Origin: Pedosphaera sp.
GTDB taxonomy: Bacteria > Verrucomicrobiota > Verrucomicrobiia > Limisphaerales > SIBH01
Assembly: GCA_031414955.1 (NCBI GenBank)
Contig: JANOQV010000184.1
Location: 1-64,000, forward strand
Length of the DNA stretch: 64,000 bases
Reading direction: 5' to 3'
The notes below the pieces were generated by a model. The model saw nothing but the letters and a program-made list of their open reading frames with translations, was not told the origin of the DNA and ran no database searches. Below are positions 55,451-64,000 of the stretch, in pieces (position 1 is the stretch's first letter; the number at the start of each line of letters is the position of its first letter). The position numbers and the translations under genes are program-made.

Positions 55451-56314
55451 CCCAAGCAAGTGCTGATCAAACCACAACGCGAACACTTCCATATCCTTGT
55501 CCATGCCAGCCCAGCCGTGATCCTGCCCCGGCTTGACGTTGATCTGGATCTTGCCCCCGACCTCCTTCACTCGCTGCTCGAAAATCTGCGCCTGGTAAAT
55601 CGGCACCAGCTTGTCCGCATCGCCGTGCGTGATGAGGATGGGCGGCAGGTTGGAATGCACAAAATGGATCGGGGAAATCTCCCTGCTCAATTTCTGGCGC
55701 CCCTCGGCCGTATCCGAGCGCGGGCCGAAGGCGGGCTTGAACTGGGCCAGGGTGCCGACGCCCACGCCGTCATCACCCGGCGCGCCCCAGTTGGCGAAAT
55801 CAGTTGGCGGGAAAAAACACGCCACCGCCGCCACCGCGCTGCTGGCGCGGTCCACCGGGTCTTTGGCCCCGGCCCGGCCCGGCCCGCCGCGCGTGCCGAG
55901 CGTGAGCGAGAGATGGCCGCCGGCGCTGCCGCCGGTCACGCCGAGTTTGTCCGGGTCCACGCCCCACTTGGCGGCGTTGAGGTGAATGAAGCGCGAGGCG
56001 CGCTGCACATCCTCGATGATCTCCGGAATGATGAAGCGCGGCTGCGAGCCATGCACAACCGCGAAGACGGTATAGCCGTGCTCAAGGAGCGGCTTGTAGT
56101 AGGCCGGATTAATCGCTTCATGGCTGGAGAAGAACCCGCCGCTGACCATGAAGATGATGCCGGCACCGTTCGGCGCGTTGGGCTGGATGACGTCCAGCGT
56201 CAGCGCGGTGCCGAATTTGCGGCCGTAAACGACGTCCTCGGTACGCTTGAAATCCGCCGCGCCCGCCAGCGAGGCGAGCAACAGCAAAACGATGGGAAGC
56301 AACCTATTCTTCAT
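55415..56314 (-). CDS. Secreted alpha/beta hydrolase (esterase, HSL/BD-FAE-like)
   Basis: Signal peptide, [26 protein letters not shown]. Confidence 0.9.
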   Translation of the reverse strand: MKNRLLPIVLLLLASLAGAADFKRTEDVVYGRKFGTALTLDVIQPNAPNGAGIIFMVSGGFFSSHEAINPAYYKPLLEHGYTVFAVVHGSQPRFIIPEIIEDVQRASRFIHLNAAKWGVDPDKLGVTGGSAGGHLSLTLGTRGGPGRAGAKDPVDRASSAVAAVACFFPPTDFANWGAPGDDGVGVGTLAQFKPAFGPRSDTAEGRQKLSREISPIHFVHSNLPPILITHGDADKLVPIYQAQIFEQRVKEVGGKIQINVKPGQDHGWAGMDKDMEVFALWFDQHLLGKNTKTQTPNSK

Positions 56315-56405
56315 GGGCGCGAGACTAGCAATCCACCCTGCCCTGCCCAGCGGAAAAGCGGATTCGGTATTGAGCGCCCGCCCCGATTTCGGCAGCTTCT
56401 CCGAT

Positions 56406-56777
56406 ATGGATGAACTGCGCCAATCCGTCGAGTCGCTTGGGATCGAGAGAGTGTCGCGGCACATTTTTTTGTGCGCGGACCAGTCCGAGGCGCAGTGCTG
56501 CACCATGGAAGCAGGCTTTGCGTCCTGGGAATATCTGAAGAAACGGCTTAAGGAACTTGGCCTCGCGGGTGGCCCGGAGGCGAAAGTGTTTCGAACGAAA
56601 GCCAATTGCCTGCGGGTCTGCGCGCGCGGTCCCATTGCGGTCGTCTATCCCGAGGGTGTCTGGTACCACTCCTGTTCACCGGCGGTCTTGGAGCAAATCA
56701 TCCAGGAGCACTTGATCGGCGGACGCGTGGTGGAAGCATTCGCCTTCGCGCGCAACGCGCTTACACCGCCGACGTAA
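56406..56777 (+). CDS. Thioredoxin-like (2Fe-2S) ferredoxin
   Basis: HIFLC...[28 protein letters not shown]. Confidence 0.9.
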   Translation: MDELRQSVESLGIERVSRHIFLCADQSEAQCCTMEAGFASWEYLKKRLKELGLAGGPEAKVFRTKANCLRVCARGPIAVVYPEGVWYHSCSPAVLEQIIQEHLIGGRVVEAFAFARNALTPPT

Positions 56778-57369
56778 GGGTCGGCCCGGCCGGTTTGCGG
56801 CCGAACCATTTCACCAACCGCTTGCCCACGAACCAGATGACCAGCCCACACCCGGCGAGAATGGCCAGCGCCAGCACCAGCGCGACAATGGGCCAGACCA
56901 CGGCCAGCACGGAGAGGACAGTCGAAGAAACATTTTCCACTGTGGCGAGCACCGGATTGGCCAGGCCGCCGGTGGTGAGCGACGAAGCCAGCCGCGCCTT
57001 GGTCGTCGTGATCTGCGTCGTAGCTGCGATGCCGCCGCCCGCGATCACCGCCAGCGTCCAGCGCCAGAAAGGCTCGATGTCGGTCAGGACCGAAGCCATG
57101 ACCAGCACGCCCGCGACCGTGGCCAGCGGGGCCGCGATGGAATCGAGCGTGTTATCGACCCACGGAATGTAGTAGGCCGCGATCTCTGCTGCGGTGGCGA
57201 TAGAGAATGCGACGACCGCAGTGGTACTGCCGGCCCAGGCGAAAGCCGGTGTCAGCGGCAACACACCGAGTTTGGCCGCGATGCTCAAACAAAGCAGCGG
57301 CACAAAGACCCGGAATCCGCACGCGGCGCTCAGGCCGATGCCTACGCAGATGCTTAGGAAGATTTCCAT
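56761..57369 (-). CDS. DUF4126-like membrane protein
   Basis: [35 protein letters not shown]...VEN. Confidence 0.85.
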   Translation of the reverse strand: MEIFLSICVGIGLSAACGFRVFVPLLCLSIAAKLGVLPLTPAFAWAGSTTAVVAFSIATAAEIAAYYIPWVDNTLDSIAAPLATVAGVLVMASVLTDIEPFWRWTLAVIAGGGIAATTQITTTKARLASSLTTGGLANPVLATVENVSSTVLSVLAVVWPIVALVLALAILAGCGLVIWFVGKRLVKWFGRKPAGPTLTSAV

Positions 57370-57609
57370 GACGGCAGGATGACGGGACGGCAGCGGGAGG
57401 CGAGAGGAATTTCCAAGGGCAGATTCCAGCGGGCGTCCGACCAGGCTTCGCCGCGAGTCCCATCCGGAAACTACCTTTGTCCATCCGTGCCTGCGCTGCG
57501 CGTGACGGACGGGCGGGAGGCGAAACATCAAAAACACCGCGCTGCGGCCTCTCAAGTTTGCTGCCTCGTCCGAGTCGCGCCCGCTGCGCCCCCGGCCTCG
57601 AGTCAGTCA

Positions 57610-57638
57610 TTGCCAAACCGCACGCGCGGTTCTAAAAC
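57610..57638 (+). promoter_or_regulatory. Putative sigma70 promoter
   Basis: TTGCCA-N17-TAAAAC, 14 nt before the ATG at 57653; same -10 hexamer as at 18775. Confidence 0.4.
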
Positions 57639-57652
57639 GTGCCCACACCATT

Positions 57653-58609
57653 ATGAAACGCCTGACCCAGATTCTGCTGACGTTCACCATCGCCACCTCC
57701 ATCGCCGCCGCCGCCGAGTTGAAATACTCGGTCGTGCCGAACTTCTTCGACGCCAAGCCGGGCGACCAGCCCATCGGCGCGTGCCACGGCGGACTGGCCC
57801 TCGACCAGAAGGGCAACCTCTACGTCACCACCGACACCAAGCGCGGCATTCTAGTCTTCACGGCGGCGGGCAAGTTCGTGCGCAATTTCGGGCCGTCGCA
57901 CATTCACGGGTTGGAATTGCGCACGGAGAACGGCGTGGAGTTCATCTACGGCGCGCGGCCTGCCCAGCATGAAGTGGTGAAGCTGGCCCTGGATGGCGAG
58001 CCGGTCTGGACCATCACCGCGCCGACGAACGCGGGCATCTACAAGGACGGCAAGGGCTTCAATCCCTGCGCCGTCACCGTCGGGCCGGACGGCGCGATCT
58101 TCGTCGCCGACGGTTACGGCGCGAACTACGTGCTCAAGTTCGACCGGGAGCGGAAGTTTGTGAAAGCCTTTGGCGGCAAGGGCGCGGAGGAAGGCAAGTT
58201 CAACACCTGCCACGGCATCGCCCTCGACGCGCGCGGCGCGAAACCGCTGCTGCTCGTGTGCAACCGCAACAACAACCGGGTGGAACATTGGGACCTCGAG
58301 GGCAACTTCGTGAAAGTGATCCAGAAGGATCTGCGCATGCCCGCCGCCGTCCACATTCAGGGCGAGTATGCCGTGTTCCCCGAGCTGCAAGGCCGCGTGA
58401 CCGTATTGAACAAGGACGGCAGCATCGCCGCGCAGGTCGGCAACAATCCCGACGCCAAGCAGCGGGCCAACTACGGCCTGCCCGCCGACCAGTGGCAGGA
58501 CGGCATCTGCAATTCACCGCATGGTGCCTCGATGGACAAGGACGGCAACTTGCTCGTCGCGGAGTGGAGCGCCTTCGGCCACCTGCACAAGTTTGCTCGA
58601 GCGAAATAG
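57653..58609 (+). CDS. Secreted NHL-repeat beta-propeller (PAL-like)
   Basis: Signal peptide, HGG.A.D..GNLYV, VADGYG, FNTCHGI, PHG...DKDGNL.VAEW. Confidence 0.85.
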   Translation: MKRLTQILLTFTIATSIAAAAELKYSVVPNFFDAKPGDQPIGACHGGLALDQKGNLYVTTDTKRGILVFTAAGKFVRNFGPSHIHGLELRTENGVEFIYGARPAQHEVVKLALDGEPVWTITAPTNAGIYKDGKGFNPCAVTVGPDGAIFVADGYGANYVLKFDRERKFVKAFGGKGAEEGKFNTCHGIALDARGAKPLLLVCNRNNNRVEHWDLEGNFVKVIQKDLRMPAAVHIQGEYAVFPELQGRVTVLNKDGSIAAQVGNNPDAKQRANYGLPADQWQDGICNSPHGASMDKDGNLLVAEWSAFGHLHKFARAK

Positions 58610-58690
58610 GCCGGGGGAGTCAATCTATCCTCTGCGCGGCCTGTGGCTGGCGTGGGCGCGAGTGCAACCAGCACCCATCCCGCCTCTGTT

Positions 58691-58773
58691 TTCCTGCCAG
58701 AAAATCTTTCAGCCGTAACTCTAACCCCGCACCGGGCACCCGGGTTTAAGGCGGAATGATTTTCTGGCAGGAA
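58691..58773. repeat. 16-bp perfect inverted repeat between convergent genes (possible terminator or small repeat element)
   Basis: ttcctgccagaaaatc (58691-58706) and gattttctggcaggaa (58758-58773). Confidence 0.6.
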
Positions 58774-58809
58774 GAAGGGAGGAGAGTGAAGGGCAGGCCC
58801 TTCGTCGGC

Positions 58810-59691
58810 TCATTCGCTGCGCGCGAAGGGATTCGGCTCCGGGCCGGAGTCGCGAGGCTTGGCCGCCGGTTTGGAAAACGGATTGCCCTTTGGTTTCCCC
58901 CGAAAAATCCTGGGCAGAAAAAATGGACTGGTGAAGACAAAAACCAAGCCAGCCGCGAGATGAAGCACGTAGAGTAATCCGAAGCGGAAAAGGTCTATCG
59001 CGCCGAAGCCGTAGAGGAACAAGCCGCCGGCCACCAGCAGCGCGCCCGGCAGCAAACCGGCCGCGCTCATCCGCCACGCGCCGCGCCAGGTCGCGTGCCG
59101 GTCAGCGAAGAAAATCACGATCTTCACGAAAGGCAGATAGAGCAGCGACAGCGCCCACCATGAGATAAAAACGGCCAGCCCCACGGCCAGCCCCACGGCG
59201 AGAATGATGGGGCGTTGCCACGCGCCCCACGCCGGCTCCACCGCGGCACGATCCAGGGTGATGACGAAGCCGCCGGGATACGGCAGCCACCGGCAGCCGA
59301 GGGCACCACAGAGCGCCACACGATTCGTCTCAAAGACGATCTCAAGGTCGGAGGAGGTCGCGGCGGGCCGTGAACTTTCCTGATCCACGTCGATTGCGAG
59401 ATGCGCGTTTCCGGCGAGGCGGCGGGGCGATTCCCCAGGATAGTTCAGCGCGGCATGGCGAATGGATGCGGTGGCTGGGAGTTGCTGGGCTGCGGCCGTG
59501 AGGACGGGAAACCACGCCACGCGCAGGAACCAGATCAGCGCCAGGACCACCAGCACCGCGAGAACAGTCTGTACGATGACCAGCCGGGTAAGCGTGGCGA
59601 ACGCAAACGCGGCCACGCCCCGGGGCGTGAAAGGCTGCCAGGCGTGGCGTGGCGTGAGCGGCTTGTCGGTCTTTGGTTGCGGCGGATTCAT
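58810..59691 (-). CDS. Hypothetical membrane protein
   Basis: AWQPFTPRGVAAFA, several TM helices; start set to the ATG at 59691. Confidence 0.7.
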   Translation of the reverse strand: MNPPQPKTDKPLTPRHAWQPFTPRGVAAFAFATLTRLVIVQTVLAVLVVLALIWFLRVAWFPVLTAAAQQLPATASIRHAALNYPGESPRRLAGNAHLAIDVDQESSRPAATSSDLEIVFETNRVALCGALGCRWLPYPGGFVITLDRAAVEPAWGAWQRPIILAVGLAVGLAVFISWWALSLLYLPFVKIVIFFADRHATWRGAWRMSAAGLLPGALLVAGGLFLYGFGAIDLFRFGLLYVLHLAAGLVFVFTSPFFLPRIFRGKPKGNPFSKPAAKPRDSGPEPNPFARSE

Positions 59692-59843
59692 GTACCCGGA
59701 GCGGCCTCGCGACCGGGCACCGGCAGTTTGATCCAACTCCGGGCACTTTGCCAAGCCGTTGCTCATGACCGTGGGCCATAAATCCTTCCTGGGCTTCCCT
59801 GCGGACGGCACGAGCGGCCCGCAGTTCGCTCTTCAGGGTTGCG

Positions 59844-60353
59844 TCACCGCAAAAAGTCGCGCTCCAGCGCGCCGGCCAGATCCGCCACGGCCAGCAATAA
59901 TGCCCCGCGCAGATCCACGAGACGCTCCTCGGCTGACAGATCGATCGGCTGGCGCAGCATGCGCTGGTAGCGCCGACTCAACGGCACGCTATCATCCGCG
60001 TCGCCCAGTTCGCGCAGGATGCGGCGCACACGCCCGGCGAAACGCAGCGCCCGGCGAATGCTTTTGAGCGCCTGCGCCTCGGTGATCTCGCCGGCCTGCG
60101 CCCGTTGCAACAGCCCACACTCGAAGGTGCGGCAGCGCACCGGCCGGTCGACGTAGATGCGGCAGAGCTTTCCGTCGAGGCAGGAGCACGGCTGCGCGAA
60201 GCGGGTAAACGCGCCACGCAGCTTGAGCGGCACACCCAGCGCCGCCAGTTTGCGCGCGCTGTCTCCGCGCTGGAGCCGCACGTCGGCGAAGAGCACGCCA
60301 TTGCAGCACAACGCACAGGTGGGGCACAGGGTCTGAACGCAATCATCCGGCAT
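59844..60353 (-). CDS. YkgJ family Cys-rich (CxxCxxCC) metal-cluster protein
   Basis: CPTCALCCNG, PC.CL...CRIY.DRP.RCR.FEC. Confidence 0.88.
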   Translation of the reverse strand: MPDDCVQTLCPTCALCCNGVLFADVRLQRGDSARKLAALGVPLKLRGAFTRFAQPCSCLDGKLCRIYVDRPVRCRTFECGLLQRAQAGEITEAQALKSIRRALRFAGRVRRILRELGDADDSVPLSRRYQRMLRQPIDLSAEERLVDLRGALLLAVADLAGALERDFLR

Positions 60354-60469
60354 GTGGCGCGAGAAGTTCCACAGGCGGCGCGGGCCGGCAAGGAGAAACT
60401 CCAAGGAAGGTGCCCGGGCCGCCCATTTTGGTGTTTGGTCTTTGTTGCCGGATGCTTATTCTCCCCCAC

Positions 60470-61702
60470 ATGGCTTTTGCTCAACTCGGTTTGTCTCACG
60501 CGGTGCTGGAAGGCATCAAGGCGATGGGTTACGTGGAACCCACGCCCATTCAATTGCGCGCCATCCCCATCATCATGGAGGGGCACGATGTCATCGGCTC
60601 CGCGCAAACGGGCACGGGCAAGACGGCGGCCTTCGCCCTGCCCATGCTGACCAAGCTGGGCCCGCCGCAACACCGCACCCGCGCGCTTATCCTCGAACCG
60701 ACCCGCGAACTCGCGGCCCAGGTCGAGACGGCGATCCGCGATTTCGCGCGTTTCTCCGACCTCAAGGTCGCCGTTGTCTTCGGCGGCGTGGGCTACGGCG
60801 CGCAGAATGAAGCGCTGAAGGGCGGCGCCGACATCATCGTGGCCACGCCGGGACGGCTGCTCGATCACATGCAGGAAGGTCGCGCCAAGCTCGACAGCGT
60901 GGAGTTCGTGGTGCTGGATGAAGCCGACCGCATGTTGGACATGGGCTTCCTCCCGGACGTGAAACGCATCGTGCAGAAATGCCCGGCCAAGCGGCAGACC
61001 ATGCTCTTCTCCGCCACCATTCCGCCGGAGATCGAATTTCTGATCCAGTGGGCCATGCGCGATCCGCAGACCATCGAGGTCGGTGCGCGCCGCACGCCGG
61101 CCGAGACGATCAAGCACGTCATCTATCCCGTGGCCGAACGCCAGAAGCTCGACCTGACGCTCGCGCTCCTCGACGAGGTTCACTACGACTCGGTGATCAT
61201 TTTCTGCCGGACCAAGGATCGCGCGGACAACGTCGGGCGACTGTTGAAGAAGAACAATCACGCCGTCGCGGTACTCCACTCAAACCGCACTCAGCGCGAA
61301 CGCGAAGAGGCGCTCAAGGGTTTTCGTGACGGACATTTTGAAGTACTCGTCGCCACCGACATCGCCTCGCGCGGCCTCGACATCGCCGACGTGAGCCATG
61401 TGGTGAACTACGACGTGCCGCTGCATCCGGAGGATTACGTCCATCGCATCGGCCGGACCGGCCGGGCCGAGTCCCGCGGCGACGCCTTCACCATCATGTG
61501 CGCCGAGGACCAGCCCTACGTGGAACGCATCGAGCGCTTCATCGCGAAGAAAATCGAGCGCGTGAAGCTGGACAAGTTCGCCTACGAATACACCGCGCTC
61601 TTCGATGTGGACAAGAAGGGCGCGCCCCCGGTCGGGGCCGCGCGCGGCGGACGCCTGAGCGGCGGCTACTTCTTCGGGCCGGCGAAAAGACGGCGGAAGT
61701 AG
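60470..61702 (+). CDS. DEAD-box RNA helicase (RhlE-like)
   Basis: Q motif PTPIQ, AQTGTGKT, PTRELA, TPGRL, DEAD, SAT, HRIGRTGR. Confidence 0.97.
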   Translation: MAFAQLGLSHAVLEGIKAMGYVEPTPIQLRAIPIIMEGHDVIGSAQTGTGKTAAFALPMLTKLGPPQHRTRALILEPTRELAAQVETAIRDFARFSDLKVAVVFGGVGYGAQNEALKGGADIIVATPGRLLDHMQEGRAKLDSVEFVVLDEADRMLDMGFLPDVKRIVQKCPAKRQTMLFSATIPPEIEFLIQWAMRDPQTIEVGARRTPAETIKHVIYPVAERQKLDLTLALLDEVHYDSVIIFCRTKDRADNVGRLLKKNNHAVAVLHSNRTQREREEALKGFRDGHFEVLVATDIASRGLDIADVSHVVNYDVPLHPEDYVHRIGRTGRAESRGDAFTIMCAEDQPYVERIERFIAKKIERVKLDKFAYEYTALFDVDKKGAPPVGAARGGRLSGGYFFGPAKRRRK

Positions 61703-61708
61703 GCTCGG

Positions 61709-62053
61709 ATGGATTCAGGCCTCGAGAAGCGAACGTGGCGCAACTCGCCGTGGACTGTCGTAATTGGTTCGCTCGCCCTGATCCTGGCATCTCTGTTTTT
61801 CGCACGGCGTCGTCCCAGACAGCATCATCAACATAATCCTACGGCGGAATGTCGCAGCCGCCTCGCCCACATTGAGTTGATGAAAAAACTCTGGGCCAAG
61901 GATGAAGGCAAATCGCCGAACGACGTGCTTACGGAAGACGATCTTTATGGCACGAATGACCATCTCCGTGTCACCTGTCCAGTGGGCGGCAGCTACGTTT
62001 TCGGAAGAGTCGGCGAGAAACCCCGCTGCTCCATGCCCGGTCACACGATTTGA
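61709..62053 (+). CDS. Small membrane-anchored protein resembling a pilin-like globular domain
   Basis: TM helix, then C..RL..I...KKLWA, CPVGGSY..G.VGE.PRCS..GH; no prepilin cleavage motif. Confidence 0.6.
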   Translation: MDSGLEKRTWRNSPWTVVIGSLALILASLFFARRRPRQHHQHNPTAECRSRLAHIELMKKLWAKDEGKSPNDVLTEDDLYGTNDHLRVTCPVGGSYVFGRVGEKPRCSMPGHTI

Positions 62054-62057
62054 TTTT

Positions 62058-62127
62058 GTCTCGCGAAGGCGGCGAAGGGGACAAAGAAGTCAGAATCCCT
62101 TCGCAACCTTCGCCGCCTTCGCGAGAC
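62058..62127. repeat. Nonamer-type perfect 21-bp inverted repeat between convergent genes
   Basis: gtctcgcgaaggcggcgaagg (62058-62078) and ccttcgccgccttcgcgagac (62107-62127). Confidence 0.75.
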
Positions 62128-62128
62128 C

Positions 62129-63210
62129 TCACTGCCCCACGCAGAACAGATGCTTGTCGCCGCGGATGAAAATCCGTCCGTTGCTGATGGCCGGTGAGGC
62201 GAAGGTCTTCTCACCGATCTTGTTCTGGGCCACCAGTTCGAACTCACGCCCGGCCCGCACCACGTTCATCACGCCTTCGTCGTTGAGGAAATAGACCAGC
62301 CCATTGGCCGAGACGAGCGACGCGTGATGCACGCCCATGCGTTCCTGCCAGAGAATTTTGCCGGTCTTGGTCTCGAAGCAATGCGCCACGCCGCCCTCGG
62401 AGAGGATGAGGAAAAATTCCTGCTCAATGATGGGCGACGGCACATAGACCGCGCCCTTGATGGTGCGCCAGGCGATTTTCTCCGCGCCCACTTTCCCCGG
62501 CCCGTGCGCGGATCGTAGCTCGCGGTGCATTTGCTGCCGGTGAGAATCATTTGCGTGCGGCCGCCGATGTCGCGGATGAGCGGCACGGTGTAGCTGCGCG
62601 TCTTATTCGGCCGATCGATGCGCCAGAGTTCCTTCCCCGTCTTGCGGTCCAGCGCCACCATGTAGCCGTCGCCGTCGTGATCACCGTTCACGATGACCTT
62701 GTCTTCAAAGAGAATGGGCGAGCTGCAAAAGCCGTGCTTGCTCGCGAAGGCGCCGGGTCTCACCGCCCACAACTGTTTGCCACTGAAGTCATACGCGGCC
62801 ACGAACATTTTGTTGATGTCGAGGAAGGCCACGAAGACGCGCTCACCATCCGTGGCCGGCGTGCTGGAGGCGTGGCTGTTGAGCGGATGCTTGGACTCCA
62901 TGAGTGTCTGCAACACCGTCTCGCGCCAAAGAGTTTTTCCGCTCCTTCCGTCGAGGCAAAGCAGCACCCGCTCCTGAGTCGGCGGGATGGCGGCGACGGT
63001 GAAGACCTTGTCGCCGAACACAACGGGCGAGGCGTGACCGGGGCCGGGCAGTTCCGTCTTCCAGAGCACGTTGCTCGTGGCGCTCCAAAACACCGGCACG
63101 TTCTTCTCGGCGCTGGTGCCGTCGAGGCGCGGGCCGCGCCATTGCGGCCAGTTCCCGGCGTGGGCCCGGCACGCAACAACAAGAAACGCTATGACAATAA
63201 GATGTTTCAC
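62129..63210 (-). pseudogene. PQQ-like (BamB-type) beta-propeller gene split by a frameshift near 62500
   Basis: NWPQWRGP..., SSTPATDG...YDPRTG in one frame; YVPSP...FASPAISNGRIFIRG.KHLFCVG in another. Confidence 0.75.
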
Positions 63211-63213
63211 GGC

Positions 63214-63540
63214 CTAACCGATGAACGAACACACGTACTCGCAGAGGCCTTCCTTGACCTCGATGTCGAAGCCGGACTTGGCGGCGACATTGAAGAAGGT
63301 GCCCGCATGGTAGTCGTGTTCACTGTTCTGCGTGTCGAGAATGACCGTGCAGGAGCCGGCGATGATTTCCATGCGCTCGGCCTTTTCGGTGCCGAAGTGA
63401 AACTTGCCGGGATAAATCAGCCCGAGAGTCTTCTTCGACCCGTCCGGGAAAATGATGCTGTGGCTGACCACCTTGCCGTCGAAATAGACGTTGGCCTTGG
63501 CGATGGCGGTGACGTTCTTGAAATCAACTGGTGATGACAT
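63214..63540 (-). CDS. ppnP: Pyrimidine/purine nucleoside phosphorylase
   Basis: KANVYFDGKVVS, KKTLG.I.PG.F.FGT..AE.MEI, YVCSF. Confidence 0.92.
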   Translation of the reverse strand: MSSPVDFKNVTAIAKANVYFDGKVVSHSIIFPDGSKKTLGLIYPGKFHFGTEKAERMEIIAGSCTVILDTQNSEHDYHAGTFFNVAAKSGFDIEVKEGLCEYVCSFIG

Positions 63541-63590
63541 GGGCGGGAGTTTCGGCGCGGCGATGAACATGTCAATCGCGGTTTGGCCTC

Positions 63591-63671
63591 ACGCCAAGTC
63601 CGCGCAGGTCGCGATGGGAAAATCAAAGCAGGCTGGTCTGTTTTCCTTGGCGGCCTTGGCGGCCTTGGCGT
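63591..63671. repeat. Nonamer-type inverted repeat between divergent genes
   Basis: acgccaag ... ccttggcgg ccttggcgg ccttggcgt. Confidence 0.6.
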
Positions 63672-63717
63672 AAGGCACTCTCTTGACGTGCCATTCTCCA
63701 AGTCTAACCATCGGCCC

Positions 63718-63918
63718 ATGAAATTGACGTGGAAGGATCACGAAGAGGTCGCCTGGGCGCTCATGGACAAGTTTCCCGACCAGGATCCGCTCAAGCTCAG
63801 CTTCCCCAAGCTGCACGTCCTGGTCTGCGCGCTGGAGGATTTTGGAGACAAGCCCGACGCGTCGAACGAGAAAGTTTTGGAAAACATCCAGATGGCCTGG
63901 TACGAGGAGAAGAAATGA
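63718..63918 (+). CDS. iscX: Fe-S cluster assembly protein IscX
   Basis: LTWKD..EVA.AL...PD.DP..LSF..L...V..LEDF.D.P..SNEKVLE.IQMAW.EE. Confidence 0.92.
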   Translation: MKLTWKDHEEVAWALMDKFPDQDPLKLSFPKLHVLVCALEDFGDKPDASNEKVLENIQMAWYEEKK

Positions 63919-64000
63919 GCACCAAACAAATCATCAAACCCGCCGCCTCCCCCGCTGCCGTCGGCCCGTATAACCACGCCGTCCGCATTGGCGACCTGCT
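63915..64000 (+). CDS. RidA/YjgF family protein; runs off the window edge
   Basis: MSTKQIIKPAASPAAVGPYNHAVRIGDL; ATG overlaps the iscX stop. Confidence 0.85.
   Translation, partial: MSTKQIIKPAASPAAVGPYNHAVRIGDL

Noticed and set aside
1..64000. tRNA, rRNA, prophage, integrase or cas genes; sigma54 -24/-12 sites
   Set aside because: None recognised by eye; tRNAscan, Rfam and motif scans would be needed to exclude them formally

Overview
GC-rich bacterial chromosomal window. Gene content and style suggest Verrucomicrobiota (Pedosphaera/Limisphaerales-like); this is an inference. From left to right it contains: part of a PVM-type bacterial microcompartment locus (BMC-P, three BMC-H, ackA, pduL, divergent DeoR regulator); an MnmC-like methyltransferase; a HAD / DHS-fold / HldE-like kinase trio followed by an orphan ABC permease, an NHL lipoprotein and a VWA membrane protein; a polysaccharide export cluster (FHA, Wza-like, Wzc, beta-barrel, GT-C, NtrC-type regulator); ribE-ribD; two CotH kinases; a cassette-like foreign gene; an ~18 kb locus that couples proline-specific peptidases, two zincin-like proteins (one fused to a cyclophilin) and a sulfatase to hydroxyproline catabolic enzymes, with an IS200-type tnpA inside it; a pseudokinase-TM-57-aa-repeat protein with a lipoprotein; and housekeeping or hypothetical genes (DEAD helicase, ppnP, iscX, RidA). 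Gene junctions carry several families of palindromic repeats (7-mer, 9-mer, REP-like), several of which are translated as protein termini or signal peptides. I saw no rRNA, tRNA or CRISPR array. All calls come from reading motifs by eye; no database searches were run.
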